Shown: piece after piece, positions 12,900-25,461 of the stretch
Position numbering within the stretch: the stretch's first letter is position 1
Layout of the letters: every line of letters begins with the position of its first letter
Assembly (NCBI RefSeq): GCF_006345805.1
Contig: NC_043025.1
Location: forward strand, 6,262,001 to 6,326,000
Direction of reading: 5' to 3'
DNA length: 64,000 nt
Source: Octopus sinensis
Lineage: Eukaryota
Translations under genes and position numbers: made by a program
Notes under the pieces: generated by a model
Databases searched by the model: none
The model's input: the letters and a program-made list of their open reading frames with translations, nothing else
Told to the model about the DNA's origin: nothing

Positions 12900-14372
12900 G
12901 CCAGATTTGAAGATTTGGCTGCTATTTCTAGCAGGTCTAGCTGTCATGTAGAGGTCTCCCCCATTGGCTCATACACAGAAACATATATATATATATACAT
13001 ACATAAGACAGTAGGGTGTGATTTGAAGATTTGGCTGCTATTTCTAGCAGGTCTAGCTGTCATGTAGAGGTCTCCCCCATTGGCTCATTCACACAAACAT
13101 ATATACATACATAAGACAGTAGGGTGTGATTTGAAGGAAATTTGGCTGCTATTTCTAGCAGGTCTAGCTACCATATAGAGGTCTCCTTCATTGGCTCTAG
13201 GGTGTGATATGAAGCTTGGCTGCTATTTCTAGCAGGTCTAGCTACCATATAGAGGTCTCCTTCATTGCCTCATACATATATATATACATAAGACAGTAGG
13301 GTGTGATATGAAGATTTGGCTGCTATTTCTATCTGGTCTAGCTACCGTATAGAGGTCTCCCTCATTGGCTCATACATATATATATACACATACATAAGAC
13401 AGTAGGGTGTGATTTGAAGATTTGGCTGCTATTTCTAGCAGGTCTAGCTACCATGTAGAGGTCTCCCTCATTGGCTCATACATATATATATATACACATA
13501 CATAAGACAGTAGGGTGTGATATGAAGATTTGGCTGCTATTTCTAGCAGGTCTAGCTACCATATAGAGATCTCCTTCATTGGCTCATACATATATACATA
13601 CATAAGACAGTAGGGTGTGATTTGAAGATTTGGCTGCTGTTTCTAGCAGGTCTAGCTGCCATGTAGAGGTCTCCCTCATTGGCCCATACATAAGACAGTA
13701 GTGTGTGATTTGAAGGAGATTTGGCTGCTATTTCTAGCAGGTCTAGCTGCCATGTAGAGGTCTGATTCATTGGCTCATACATACATAAGACAGTAGGGTC
13801 TGATTTGAAGGAGATTTGGCTGCTATTTCTAGCAGGTCTAGCTACCATGTAGAGGTCTCCTTCATTGGCTCATACATATATATATATAAGACAGTAGGTG
13901 TGATTTGAAGATTTGGCTGCTATTTCTAGCAGGTCTAGCTACCATATAGAGGTCTCCTTCATTGGCTCATACATATATACACATACATAAGACAGTAAGG
14001 TGTGATTTGAAGGAGATTTGGCTGCTATTTCTAGCAGGTCTAGCTACCATATAGAGGTCTCCTTCATTGGCTCATACATATATACATACATAAGACAGTA
14101 AAGTGTGACTTGAGGGAGATTTGGCTGATATTTCTAGGAGGTCTAGCTACCATGTTGAGGTCTCCCACATTGACTCATACATACATAAGACAGTCAGGTG
14201 TGATTTGAGGGAGATTGGCTGCTATTTCTACCAGGTCTAGCTACCAAGTAGAGGTCTCCCTCATTGGCTCATACATATATATATACATACATAAGACAGT
14301 AGGGTGTGATATGAAGATTTGGCTGCTATTTCTAGCAGGTCTAGCTGCCATGTAGAGGTCTCCCCCATTGGC
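12900..14372. repeat. Tandem array of about 15 units of ~100-110 bp (core atttggctgctatttctagcaggtctagctaccatgtagaggtctccc)
   Basis: Repeated core with a variable internal (TA)n; inverted copies at ~11630-12020, further units at 12625-12750 and 60000-60115. Confidence 0.9.
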
Positions 14373-14716
14373 TCATAGACAAATACGATGAGGTGCTGAA
14401 AAGTTCCTGGCTTTGGATGAAAGGAAAAACTGGAGAATCAGTTCATTATAATTTTATTCAACATGTTCCCCACTCAGATCCACCCATTTATTGCAGTGGT
14501 CCTCCAACCACGCCTTCCTGGCGACACCCTTAAAGTCAGTAACGTTGTAGCATCCACCCGTATAAAACACACACAAGAGAGTAAAATGAGGAAGAAACAA
14601 AAATTATTCATACATTCCAAAAACAAAATATATTTACATTTATGTCGAGTCTTATACATCGTCACAGTTTGTTATTAATGCCGACTTTCCGTAAAATTAC
14701 TTTGAAATAAAATAAT

Positions 14717-15151
14717 TTGGCGATCTTTCGTCTCTAGTAGACCTTTCCGTCGATTTCCGTAAAAAAATTTCTTTTTTTTTTTACATATGGGCTTGCGGGA
14801 ACTTTTGAAGTAATGAGAGCGAAAGAGACTAAGAGAAAGCGATTGTATGACGAGGGAAGTTCTTTTGAAGTTACCGTGCATGTGAAGCATTGATGTATGT
14901 GTGTGTGTGTGTGTGTGTTTGATGGGGTGTGGGAGACAGACAGTATGTTGTGTAAGTGAAGTGCTTCTGTTAGTGTGTGTGAAGAGACAGAGTAGTGTGT
15001 GAAAGAAAGAGATAACTGAAATTTTTTACTCGGTGTATGTGTATATGTATGTATATTACTTCAAAAGTTCCCGCAAGCCCATATGTAAAACAAAAAAGAA
15101 GTTTTTTACGGAAATCGACGGAAAGGTCTACTAGAGACGAAAGATCGCCAA
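14717..15151. mobile_element. MITE-like element with ~45-bp TIRs (ttggcgatctttcgtctctagtagacctttccgtcgatttccgta)
   Basis: TIRs at both ends; full copy at 28673-29098 and a one-ended rearranged copy at ~36036-36360. No clear TSD, so the superfamily is unassigned. Confidence 0.8.
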
Positions 15152-16170
15152 TTATTTTGTTTCCGTAATCTACATCATCTGAAAATGTATCTAATTTCAT
15201 AAAAGAAAATTTCCACCAAAAGATATACATTTTTAAAGAAAGTCTTGGGGAGAAGCAAAGTCGGGGAGAGATCACCTGCGCGTGTATAAATTGCGTTTGA
15301 CCCTCTGGTCGATAATTGATGAGGATTTGGCAACCTTTTGTGTCTGTCTTTCGTTTGTTTGTGCATTTATTGTTTTCCAATATGTGTGTGTGTGTGTGCT
15401 TGTATATTTGCCAAGAGAATTGGGTATTATAATCAAAGTATATTTCAAATCCATTTCGGCCGATCTTAATCCATTCCGGACTTTGTATTAGATAAGTGGA
15501 CACGCAAAACTTAGACATATGGCATTCTTTCGATATAACTCGACAAAATCAAAGCCATTTCACTTCAGATATTTCCGTGGAACCAAATGACAGTTCGATT
15601 CTGGGTACTACTTGAGAACAGTGGGCCCGGTGCGCGCTGTCGCGTACTCGCGCCAGCTAGTCATGACTAGTCGATCCTTACTTTGTGTTATTTACTTTGC
15701 TTAAAAAAATTATTCACTTTGTTTAACAAAAATTATTTACTTTGCTAAGTAGTCGTTGTAGGATCGACTACTTATGACTAGCTAGCGCGGATGCACGACT
15801 GCGCGTATCGGGACCACGTTTTCTGCTTGGAAATTTGCGGATTTTAAGTACACACCTGAAACAGGTAAGAACAAATATGCAAGGCTTTTTTTTTTGCTTC
15901 AAGTTTAAAATTAAACATTGTTGGCATAATTTCGTTATATCTATTACTCCACAACCCACGGAAATACCCCAAGTGAAATATACATGTATATGAAAAAACA
16001 ATTGACTTTACTCCCAGTTATAGATCAGGCTACAATGAACAAGGTGCTTGCGTTTGGCCATAATATGCCCAATCAGGACTGACCTAGGGTCAAACAACAA
16101 TTACCACACACAGTCTCTCTTTCTTTCTTTCTTTCTTCTCTCTCTCCGTCCCAGCGGTTCCTGGTGGTCG

Positions 16171-16827
16171 TTACTTCTTCTTCTTGGACGCCTGGATTTC
16201 CTCCAATTGTCCGTGTAACTCGCGCAGCTGTCTGTCCGGGATGTAACGGTTCGCGTCGTCGTCGGCGGTGTGGTGCCGTACCCTCAGGGTGACCCCTTCG
16301 GGCAGGTGACACGTGAAGAGCGAGATGAGCGGCGGCAGGGCGGTGTTGGTCAAATCCTGGAGCAGGACGTTCCGTTCGTACACCTGCAGCTCGTAGGTGT
16401 TGTCGGTCACGGTCGATTGGGGCCGATACGTGGAGACGTGGAGTGATTTGGCCGGCATGGCGAAGGCCTCGCAGTTGTGGCCCAGGTTATCACACATCTT
16501 ATGCACGTAGCATGCAAACTTCTCCAGCACCACGAAATCGTAACCCTTCATCTCGATGCACAGTGCTTCGTAAGGCTCTATTTCTGGTGGGAGGCCGACA
16601 TCGGTCGGCTCCCAGCGGATGGGGTCCCGACGCGGGGTCAAAGTCGCGGCATTCCGTGTCCCGCTGATCGAAGATGGCGATTCATTTCCTGTGGAAGCAG
16701 ACGTAAGAGAAGATGAACAAGACACAGAAGAAGCAATAACGGACTTCTGCTGCCTCAATAAACCTCCAAGGATATCCCTGTGTGATCCGAATCTCCGGAG
16801 GAGATTCGATGCGACCGGAAGAAGCAT
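16171..16827 (-). CDS. MRPL48: Mitochondrial ribosomal protein L48 (mL48), single coding exon, 218 aa
   Basis: YDFVVLEKFACYVHKMCDNL..EAFAMPAK, YERNVLL, LPEGVTLRVRHHT and RYIPDRQLREL align with recalled human MRPL48 (YAQYVHNLCNSL..ESYAMPTK, LPEGVRLSVKEHT, RFKARPELEEL). R/S/L-rich N-terminus fits a mitochondrial presequence. Confidence 0.9.
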   Translation of the reverse strand: MLLPVASNLLRRFGSHRDILGGLLRQQKSVIASSVSCSSSLTSASTGNESPSSISGTRNAATLTPRRDPIRWEPTDVGLPPEIEPYEALCIEMKGYDFVVLEKFACYVHKMCDNLGHNCEAFAMPAKSLHVSTYRPQSTVTDNTYELQVYERNVLLQDLTNTALPPLISLFTCHLPEGVTLRVRHHTADDDANRYIPDRQLRELHGQLEEIQASKKKK

Positions 16828-17110
16828 GGCGAAATGTTAGTGTGGCAGTAGTGACTTCAGAGTTATCTCCCACTTTCCTTCCGCCTAGTTCTCAGATAGG
16901 TGGCGCTGTATTTGCATGACCTTCGGAGGTGACATTGACATTGACCTCTAGCCGTAAAGAAATAGAACGAAAACCGCCAAAAGGTCAGCAAAATGGGTCT
17001 TCGTCGTTTTCGAATAAACGGAATTTTCATTGAAATAACTTTTATGAGGGTGAGCATTCTACAAACACGTGTAATTTTTACGCAGTTCTCTGGAATTTTT
17101 TTCAAATTTC

Positions 17111-17774
17111 GGATCTTTTCGGTTTGAACGGCAGTTTTTTCTAGCGGTGTCATATGAAATTGTCACCCATAATTATGACCCTAGTATCGATCTATTGCAT
17201 TTCAATCTATTTTAGGGTTAGGGGGAAGGGAAGGGTATCCTTTTTCTTCAGAAATGTAAATAAACCCAATCTGTTTCTTAAACGAGGGACATATTCATAC
17301 GGCACAGAATGTTTTCACCTCAATAGACGTCAGTGATTGGTTGAAATTGCAGAAATTGAAGAAAAAAAAAACAAAAAATGTCTTACAAACTATAGAATTT
17401 CCTCGATAAAGCCAAGAGAAAAAGATGTCTTATAAACACATTCTACCAATATACGAAGTTTAAAAGTGTTTAGTTACGTGGAAATTATTTTAAAAAACTG
17501 CCGTTCAAACCGAAAAGATCCCTGTTTCTTAAATGAGGGACATATTCATACGGCACAGAATGTTTTTTTACTTCAATGGATGTCATTGATTGGTTGAAAT
17601 TGCAGAAATTGAAGAAAAAAAACAACAACAAATATCTTACAAACTATAGAATTTTCTCAATAAAGCCAAGAGAAAAAGATGTTTTATAAACACATTCTAC
17701 CAGTATACGAAGTTTAAATTTTTTTAGTTACCTAGAAAGTATGTTAAAAACTGCCGTTCAGACCGAAAAGATAC
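17111..17774. mobile_element. MITE (17111-17521; TIR ggatcttttcggtttgaacggcagtttt) followed by a tandem duplicate of its last ~250 bp
   Basis: TIRs at 17111-17139 and 17493-17521; 17271-17521 is repeated at 17522-17774; lies ~280 bp upstream of the MRPL48 ATG. Confidence 0.75.
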
Positions 17775-18295
17775 CGAATTTTTTTCAAATTTTTTTTTAA
17801 CCATTTGAAGCATTTCAAATTTTTACAAAATTGTTGTTTTCATGAAGGTTTGCTTGTTGATGACGAAAATTGTATGTATTTTATCTAGGAATTAAAAGTA
17901 GGTGCAGGCGTGGGGGTGTGGTAAGAAGCTTGCTCCCCCAACCTCAGAGTTCCAGGGCACCTTGGGCAACTGTCTTCTACCATAGCATTGAGCTGACCAA
18001 AGCCGTGTGAGTGGATTTGATAGACGGAAACCGAAAGAAGCCCGTCGTATATATGTATGTGTGTGTGTGTGTATGTATGTATGTGTATGTGTGTGTGTGT
18101 GTATGTATGTATGTGTGTATGTATGTGTGTGTATGTATGTGTATGTATGTGTGTATGTATATGTATGTATGTATGTATGTATGTATATGTATGTGTGTAT
18201 GTATATGTGTATGTATGTGTGTATGTATATGTATGTGTGTGTATGTATGTATGCATGTATGTGTGTATGCATGTGTGTGTGTGTATGTATGTGTG

Positions 18296-18522
18296 CATGT
18301 GTAATTCGGCAGGAGGACTTAAACGACATGCAAAGGTACATGAAGCCCAGTTACAACTACAGCCGGCTATTACCAGTAAAGGTTTTAGTTGCCAATTCTG
18401 TACAAGACATTGTAGATCTTTGGCTGGGCTAAAAAGTCTTATTCGATCACAGCACCAGTAACAGTTAAGCTTCGTGCAATGGCCATACTCGATAACGAGG
18501 GGGCAGCCATCATCATCATCAT
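18296..18522 (+). mobile_element. RTE-type LINE 3' end with C-terminal zinc-finger remnant
   Basis: CNSAGGLKRHAKVH...FSCQFCTRHCRSLAGLKSLIRSQHQ*, then a short 3' UTR and (CAT)n tail. Confidence 0.65.
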
Positions 18523-18806
18523 TGTTCGACCGTGGTCGAGACAATGGAATTTACCATGCTACGCCAGACTTCACGGTCCATCATGGCATTACGGAGGTCC
18601 TGTTGCTGGATGCCTGTATCCCTGGAGATTACATCAGGGTAGGAGAGTGTGCATCCTCTGGTATTGCGAGTAGATGGCTTCCAGAGGAGAAGAGTAGAAA
18701 TTACCTCTTTTTCAGCTCTACAACAATGTCCAGCAAACTGGACTCTCCTACCTTTCACAAGAGATGACACAGGTGGTAGTTTCCCATATATTTGCATTTT
18801 GGTTGG
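18508..18806 (-). mobile_element. RTE-type LINE 3' fragment
   Basis: QIYGKLPPVSSLVKGRRVQFAGHCCRAEKEVISTLLLWKP...AMMDREVWR ending in a (GAT)n tail. Confidence 0.8.
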
Positions 18807-19159
18807 GGCAGCCATAATAATGTATGTGTGTATGCATATGTGTATGTATCTGAGTAAGTGTTTATCCACCATCACTGGTTGACAACCAGTGTTGAAGTGT
18901 TTACGTCCCCGTAACGTAGCGGTTCGGCAAAATATACTGATAGAATAAGTACCAGACTTTACAAAAAAAAAAAAAAAAAGAAGCACTGAGGTCAATAAGT
19001 TTGACTAAAATTCTTCAAGGCGGTGCCCCAGCTTGGCCACGGTCCAATGACTGAAACAAGTAAAGAGATAGGCAAAAATAAAGAAATATCAGATCTTTAC
19101 CTTTTGACCAACAGATTTAAAAGATGATTTTTTGTTACTAAACACTTTCAAACTTCAGA

Positions 19160-19875
19160 CACTAGCATGGGTTGTACGATTTGACTGAGGTCTGGTGAAA
19201 CAAATGGCTGCACAAGGCTCCAATCTGATCCAGCAGAGTTTCTACAGCTGGATGCCCTTCCTAATGCATTATATATATATATGTATCAAATATCATCATC
19301 ATCATTTAAGGTCCGCTTTCCATGCTAGCATGGGTCGGATGATTTGACTGAGGTCTGGCGAACCAAATGGCTGCACAAGGCTCCAATCTGATCCAGCAGA
19401 GTTTCTACAGCTGGATGCCCTTCCTAATGCATTATATATATATATGTATCAAATATCATCATCATCGTTTAACATCCGCTTTCCATGCTAGCATGGGTTG
19501 GATGATTCGACTGAGGACTGGCGAACCAAATGGCAGCACCAGACTCCAGTCTGATCTGGCAGAGTTTCTACAGCTGGATGCTCTTCCTAATGCATTATAT
19601 ATATATATATATCATATATCATCATCATCGTTTAACATCTGCTTTCCATGCTAGCATGGGTTGGATGATTTGACTGAGGACTGGTGAACCAAATGGCTGC
19701 ACAAGGCTCCAGTCTGATCTGGCAGAGTTTCTACAGCTGGATGCCCTTCCTAATGCCAACCACTCCGAGAGTGTTGTGGGTGCTTTTTACATGTCACTGG
19801 CACAAGGGCCAGTCGGGCAGTACTGGCAACAGCCACACTCAAATGGTGCTTTTTACGTGCCACCTGCACAGAAGT
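19160..19875 (-). repeat. ~162-bp tandem amplification (3-4 units) of the 3' part of SINE family 3
   Basis: Units start near 19167, 19328, 19490 and 19656. Confidence 0.8.
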
Positions 19876-19890
19876 TCAATATCTGTCAAA

Positions 19891-20685
19891 TCATCATTCA
19901 TCATTGTTCGACCGTGGTCGAGACAATGGAATTTACCATGCTACGCCAGACTTCACGGTCCATCATGGCATTACGGAGGTCCTGTTGCTGGATGCCTGTA
20001 TCCCTGGAGATTACATCAAGGTAGGAGAGTGTGTGCCCTCTGGTATTGTGAGTAGATGGCTTCCAGAGGAGAAGAGTAGAAATTACCTCTTTTTCAGCTC
20101 TACAACAATGTCCAGCAAACTGGACTCTCCTACCTTTCACAAGAGATGACACAGGTGGTAGTTTCCCATATATTTGCATTTTGGTTGGATGACGCTTCCA
20201 CGAGAGATTTTGAGCTCTCATAAGGAGGTGAGTGTAGGTTCCATCCAACTGCCTCTCAAGCTGTCAAAGGGGAACTGCCTGAAAATCTCTTTCCTTTTTA
20301 AAACAGCTGAATACTTGCATGACTCGTTCTGTCGTTTGCGATGGACACAGAAACATTACTTCTATGGCAGATATATTCACCAAGTTCAATGAAGTTGCAG
20401 TGGTTGGCAAGTTGAGTTGTGTCACTTCGCATCTCTCTGCCGGGTTCCAGACAGAAACACCAGTTAGCTCCCCTTGTCCATGAAGTGGCATGACAGCCTG
20501 GTTCTAAGGGTATATATAGAAGCATGCTGACAAGCTCTCAGCTCTTCAAGGCATCAGGAGCTAACCTGAGGACTAATAAGCTCCATGCTTTGCTACCAAT
20601 TCCACCTTCCAGTAGGTCTCTCAACTCAGCTTGCCATAACATTACCCAGCTTTCGTGCATCTTGCAACGAATTTCCACCAAAATA
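19891..20685 (-). mobile_element. Second, longer and degenerate copy of the same RTE-type LINE 3' region
   Basis: LERQLDGTYTHLLMRAQNLSWKRHPTKMQIYGKLPP...DREVWR plus (GAT)n tail; upstream part has stops and frameshifts. Confidence 0.75.
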
Positions 20686-23600
20686 AAAATTGTTATGTTT
20701 AATAAATAATACACCTTAATCAATAATCAGCTACCAGATAATACCCAATCACATAATTTATTAACCAACTACATATGAACATCAAGGTCAAACATAATAG
20801 TATAGAACAAAACAGATTTCATCATCATCATCATTGTTTAATGTCCGCTTTCCATGCTAGCATGGGTTGGACGGTTCAACTGGGGTCTGGGAAGCCAGAA
20901 GGCTGCACCAGGTAAGTCATATCTGGCGGTGTTTCTACGGCTGGATGCCCTTCCTAACGCCAACCACTCCTTGAGTGTAGTGGGTGCTTTTTATGTGCCA
21001 GACGAGGCTGTCGAACGGCAACGCTCAGACGGTGCTTTTTACGTGCCACCGACACAGGTGCCAGACGAGGCTGTCGAACGGCAACGCTCAGACGGTGCTT
21101 TTTACGTGCCACCGACACAGGTGCCAGACAAGGCTGGCGAATGGCCATGCTCGGACGGTGCTTTTTACGTGCCACCGGCACGGATGTCAGGCAAGGTTGG
21201 CACGGCCACAATTGGATGGTGTTTGTTACGTGCCACCAGCACGGAGACCAGTCGATGCAGTGCTGGCTACGGTCACGTTCGGATGGTACTCTTATGTGCC
21301 ACCGGCACTGGTACAACTACAAATTCCATTGATGTTGATCGATTTCGATTTGATTTTTTGATTTATATTTATTTATACATATTGTACTTATTGTATCATA
21401 TTACTCATTGATGTGCACTGTATTATTCTGAACTATTATGTTTGACCTTGATGTTCATATGTAGTGGTTTAATAAATTATGTGATTGGGTATTATCTGGT
21501 AGTTGATTATTGATTAAGGTGTATTTCTCCATTTTCTTATTTTGTATTATTAATTTGTGGTAAATCATTTTACCTTTGACCATATAATACAGTAAATGAA
21601 TTAATTGCATCGCAATTCTTAACATTTATGTATTAACTTTGTTGGGTACTTCTCTTACAACCCCTATCTCAATTTGTAATTTTATGTTTAGTATATACTC
21701 TTGTACTTATTCTTTGTAATCCCAGTACTTATTCTATCGGTCTCTTTTGCCGAACCGCTAAGTGACGGGGACGTAAACACAGCAATGCTAGAGGGACAAA
21801 CACAGACACACAAACATATAAATATATATATACATATATACGACAGGCTTCTTTCAGTTTCCACCTACCAAATCCACTCACAAGGCATTGATCGGCCTGG
21901 GGCTATAGCAAAAGACACTTGCGCAAGGTGCCATGCAGTGGAACTGAACCTGGAACCATGTGGTTGGTTAGCAAGCTACTTACCACACAGCCACTCCTGC
22001 GCCTATATATTTAATCTTCATTTACATGTAGCCCACATGTGATCATCACATTCCCAGCCAAACATGACTACACTCATTCTCACTAATAAGTTAATTTGCA
22101 ACTACAAGAAAACGAGGTTAAACCGTATCTAATTAAAACTAGCCCTCCCCAGGCTACAGTAATTCATTTGTAATGTTACTTCTAGCCTCTCTGAATTGGA
22201 GAAAGAAGGAAAGTGGTGATTACACTTTACTCTTTTACTTGTTTCAGTCATGCGACTGTGACCATGCTGGAGCACCGCCTTTGGTTGAGCAAATCGATCC
22301 CATGACTTATTCCTTGTAAGTCTAGTACTTATTCTATCAGTCATTTTTGCCGAACTGCTAAGTTACGGGGACGTAAACACACCAGCATCGGTTGTCAAGC
22401 AATGCTAGGGGGACAAACACAGACACACAAACATATATATATATATTTATACATATATACGACAGGCTTCTTTCAGTTTCCGTCTACCAAATCCACTCAC
22501 AAGGCTTTGGTCGACCCGAGGCTATAGCAGAAGACACTTGCCCAAGGTGCCACGCAGTGGGACTGAACCCGGAACCATGTGGTTGGTAAGCAAGCTACTT
22601 ACCACACAGCCACTCATACACTTGGAGGATCTGCACAAACATGTCTGACAGATTTCAGGATATTTATCTTTGATTGAAATACCAGTCCGGGCGATTCCTA
22701 GATATCAATAATGAGGAAATAGGAACAGTGGAATAAAAACTGGTTTCACTTTAAAATGACATTGAGCAGAGGCCAAAGTTCTAAGATTTTTTCTTGGAGG
22801 CGCAATGGCTAGGGCAGCGGACTTGCGGTTTAGAGTCCCAGACCGAGCATTGTGAATGTTTATTGAGCGAAAACACCTAAAGCCCCACGAGGCCCCGGCA
22901 GGGAATGGTGGTGATCCCTGCTGTACTCTTTCACCACAACTTTCTCTCACTCTTACTTCCTGTTTCTGTTGTACCTGTATTTCAAAGGGCTGGCCTTGTC
23001 ACTCTGAATATCCTTGAGAACTACGTTAAGGGTACATGTGTCTGTGGAGTGCTCAGCCACTTACACGTTAATTTCACGAGCAGGCTGTTCCATTGATTCG
23101 GATCAACCAGAACCCTCGTCGTCGAAACCGACGGAGTGCTTCCATTTCAAAGGGCCGGCCTTGTCACGCTGAATATCCCCGAGAACTACGTTAAGGGTGC
23201 ACGTGTCTGTGGAGTGCTCAGCCACTTACACGTTAATTTCACGAGCAGTCTGTTCCATTGTTTCGGATCAACCGGAACCCTCGTTGTCGTAACCGACGGA
23301 GTGCTTCCAAGATTTTTTATTGTAAAACGGACTTTTCTGACTGCTACCCTTCACTGTGGAACAAAATCAAGATATATTATTATTGCCTTCCCAACATCGT
23401 ATTTTGTAGAGCGGAGCTCCAGTGCAGTTTCCCAGGATTTTTTCTAAGCAAAGAAACTGATTGAGAAAGTATTGAATGAAGGGAGCTAAGTCTACTTCTT
23501 AGAACTTTTCAGCCAGATGTTGAGACGCTGATATCCCTACGCAATGTGGTTACTGGTGGGGTGCAAATTTAGTCTTTCGTATCATCATCGTTTAACGTCA

Positions 23601-24142
23601 GTTTTCCATGCTGGCATGGGTTAGACGGTTTGACTGAGGTCTTGAGAGCCAGAAGGCTGCACCAGGCTCCAATCTGATCTGGCAATGCTTCTACAGCAGG
23701 ATGTCCTTGCTAACACCAAGAGTGTAGTGAGCGCTTTTTATGTGCCCGGTCAGGTGGACCTGGAATCGACCACATTCTGACAGTGCTTTTTACATGCCAC
23801 CGGCCATGTCCAGATGGTGCTTTGTATGAGCCACTGGCACGAGAGCCAGTCAGGGGGTGGGGGGTGGGGGTGGAGGGAGAAAAACAACAAAACGAAGGAT
23901 TAATTAAGATGAGTTTTATTCAAGAAAAAAAGGTTTGAATTTGCTGTAGAAAGGAATCAATGTCTGTAGGGGTGAATGGGCATTAGTAATGTGGCTTGGG
24001 TGCCATGGGGGCAGAAGTCCAAAAAAAAAAAAAAAAAAAAAAAAATGCAAACCACTGAATGAAACCATTCAAGGTGGTGCCCCAGCATGGCCACAGTCCA
24101 ATAACTAAAACAAATGAAAGAAAAGAGACGGCATATTAGTGT

Positions 24143-24348
24143 TTAGTTAACAAGTTGGTCCTCATAGTCTGTATATTTGTTACTTTTGCCAAACACTCTG
24201 TCTGCAGGATATTTCTTTGCGTTCTTCTGGAATTTACGCAGGGCAGCACTTGGAAGGTCAACCCTACACCGGTGCGCCAACCAAATCAGATATATTAAGA
24301 CATCACTCATTTCCTCACCTACATGTTCCTTTTCACATTCAGAAAATT
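24143..24348 (-). CDS. DCTPP1: DUF4817-like HTH / dCTP pyrophosphatase 1, copy A, exon 4 of 4
   Basis: Acceptor ttttttccag|AA at 24348; (E)FSECEKEHVGEEMSDVLIYLIWLAHRCRVDLPSAALRKFQKNAKKYP...QLVN*; EEMSD and K..N...YP motifs of DCTPP1. Join 32255-31975, 27879-27769, 26370-26336, 24348-24143 = 633 nt, 210 aa. Confidence 0.92.
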
Positions 24349-25279
24349 CTGGAAAAAAAGAAAAACCATGGATGTTATAATTGCAATATAGATTTAGATG
24401 AAGAGTTCCATACTCTCTTTCACTTGTTTCAGTCATTTGACTGCGGCCATGCTGGAGCACCGCCTTTAGTCGAGCAACACGATCCCGGGACTTATTCTTT
24501 TGCCGAACCGCTAAGTAACGGGGACGTAAACACACCAGCATCGGTTGTCAAGCAATGCTAGGGGGACAAACACAGACACACACACACATATATATATACA
24601 TATATATGACAGGCTTCTTTCAGTTTCTGTCTACCAAATACACTCACAAGGCATTGGTCGGCCCGAGGCTATAGCAGAAGACACTTGCCCAAGATGCCAC
24701 GCAGTGGGACTGAACCCGGAACCATGTGGTTGGTAAACAAGCTACTTACCACACAGCCACTCCTGCGCCTTTATTTTTTTTATATATAATCATTAGGTGT
24801 GGCTGTGTGGTAAGAAGCTTTGCTTGCCAATCACATGGTTCCAGGTTCAATCAAACTGCTTGGCATCTTGGGCCAGTGTCTTCTACCTTAGCCTTGAGTG
24901 GATTTGCTAGATGGAAACTGAAAGAAGCCATCCCACCATCACTTGACAACAAATGTTGGTGTTTATGTCTTTATAGCTTAGTGGTCCAGCAAAAGGGGCC
25001 AATAGCACAAGTCCTGGGGTTGATTTCTTTGATATATATATATATATATATCATCATCATCGTTTAACGTCCGCTTTCCATGCTAGCATGGGTTGGCCGG
25101 TTCAACTGGGGTCTGGGAAGCCTGAAGGCTGCACCAGGCTCCAGTCTGATCTGGCAGTGTTTCATCAGCTGGATGCCCTTCCTAACGCCAACCACTCCGT
25201 GAGTGCTTTTTATGTGCCAGACGAGGCTTTTTACTTGCCACTGGCACTGATATATATATACATATATATATAATAGGCA

Positions 25280-25461
25280 TTCAGAATGCTGGAAGGTTGT
25301 ATATAAAAAATATTTATATTTATTTACATATCACATATTTAATTAATAATTTTATTAAATATGTGATTTGAAGAAATAATATGTGATATGTAAATATATA
25401 TATATATATATATATAATATATATATATATATTTTTATATACAACCATCCAGCATTCTGAA
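25280..25461. repeat. AT-rich hairpin/foldback
   Basis: ttcagaatgctgga[a/t]ggttgtatataaaaa outer arms and atttacatatcacatatt inner arms are reverse complements. Confidence 0.75.

Noticed and set aside
16073-16840. Alternative-frame and antisense ORFs overlapping MRPL48 (and those overlapping 1-726)
   Set aside because: Shadow ORFs of GC-rich coding sequence with no recognisable motifs.
24349-24541. N-terminal extension of ORF 24143-24541
   Set aside because: SINE-derived intronic read-through; the real exon starts at the acceptor at 24348.
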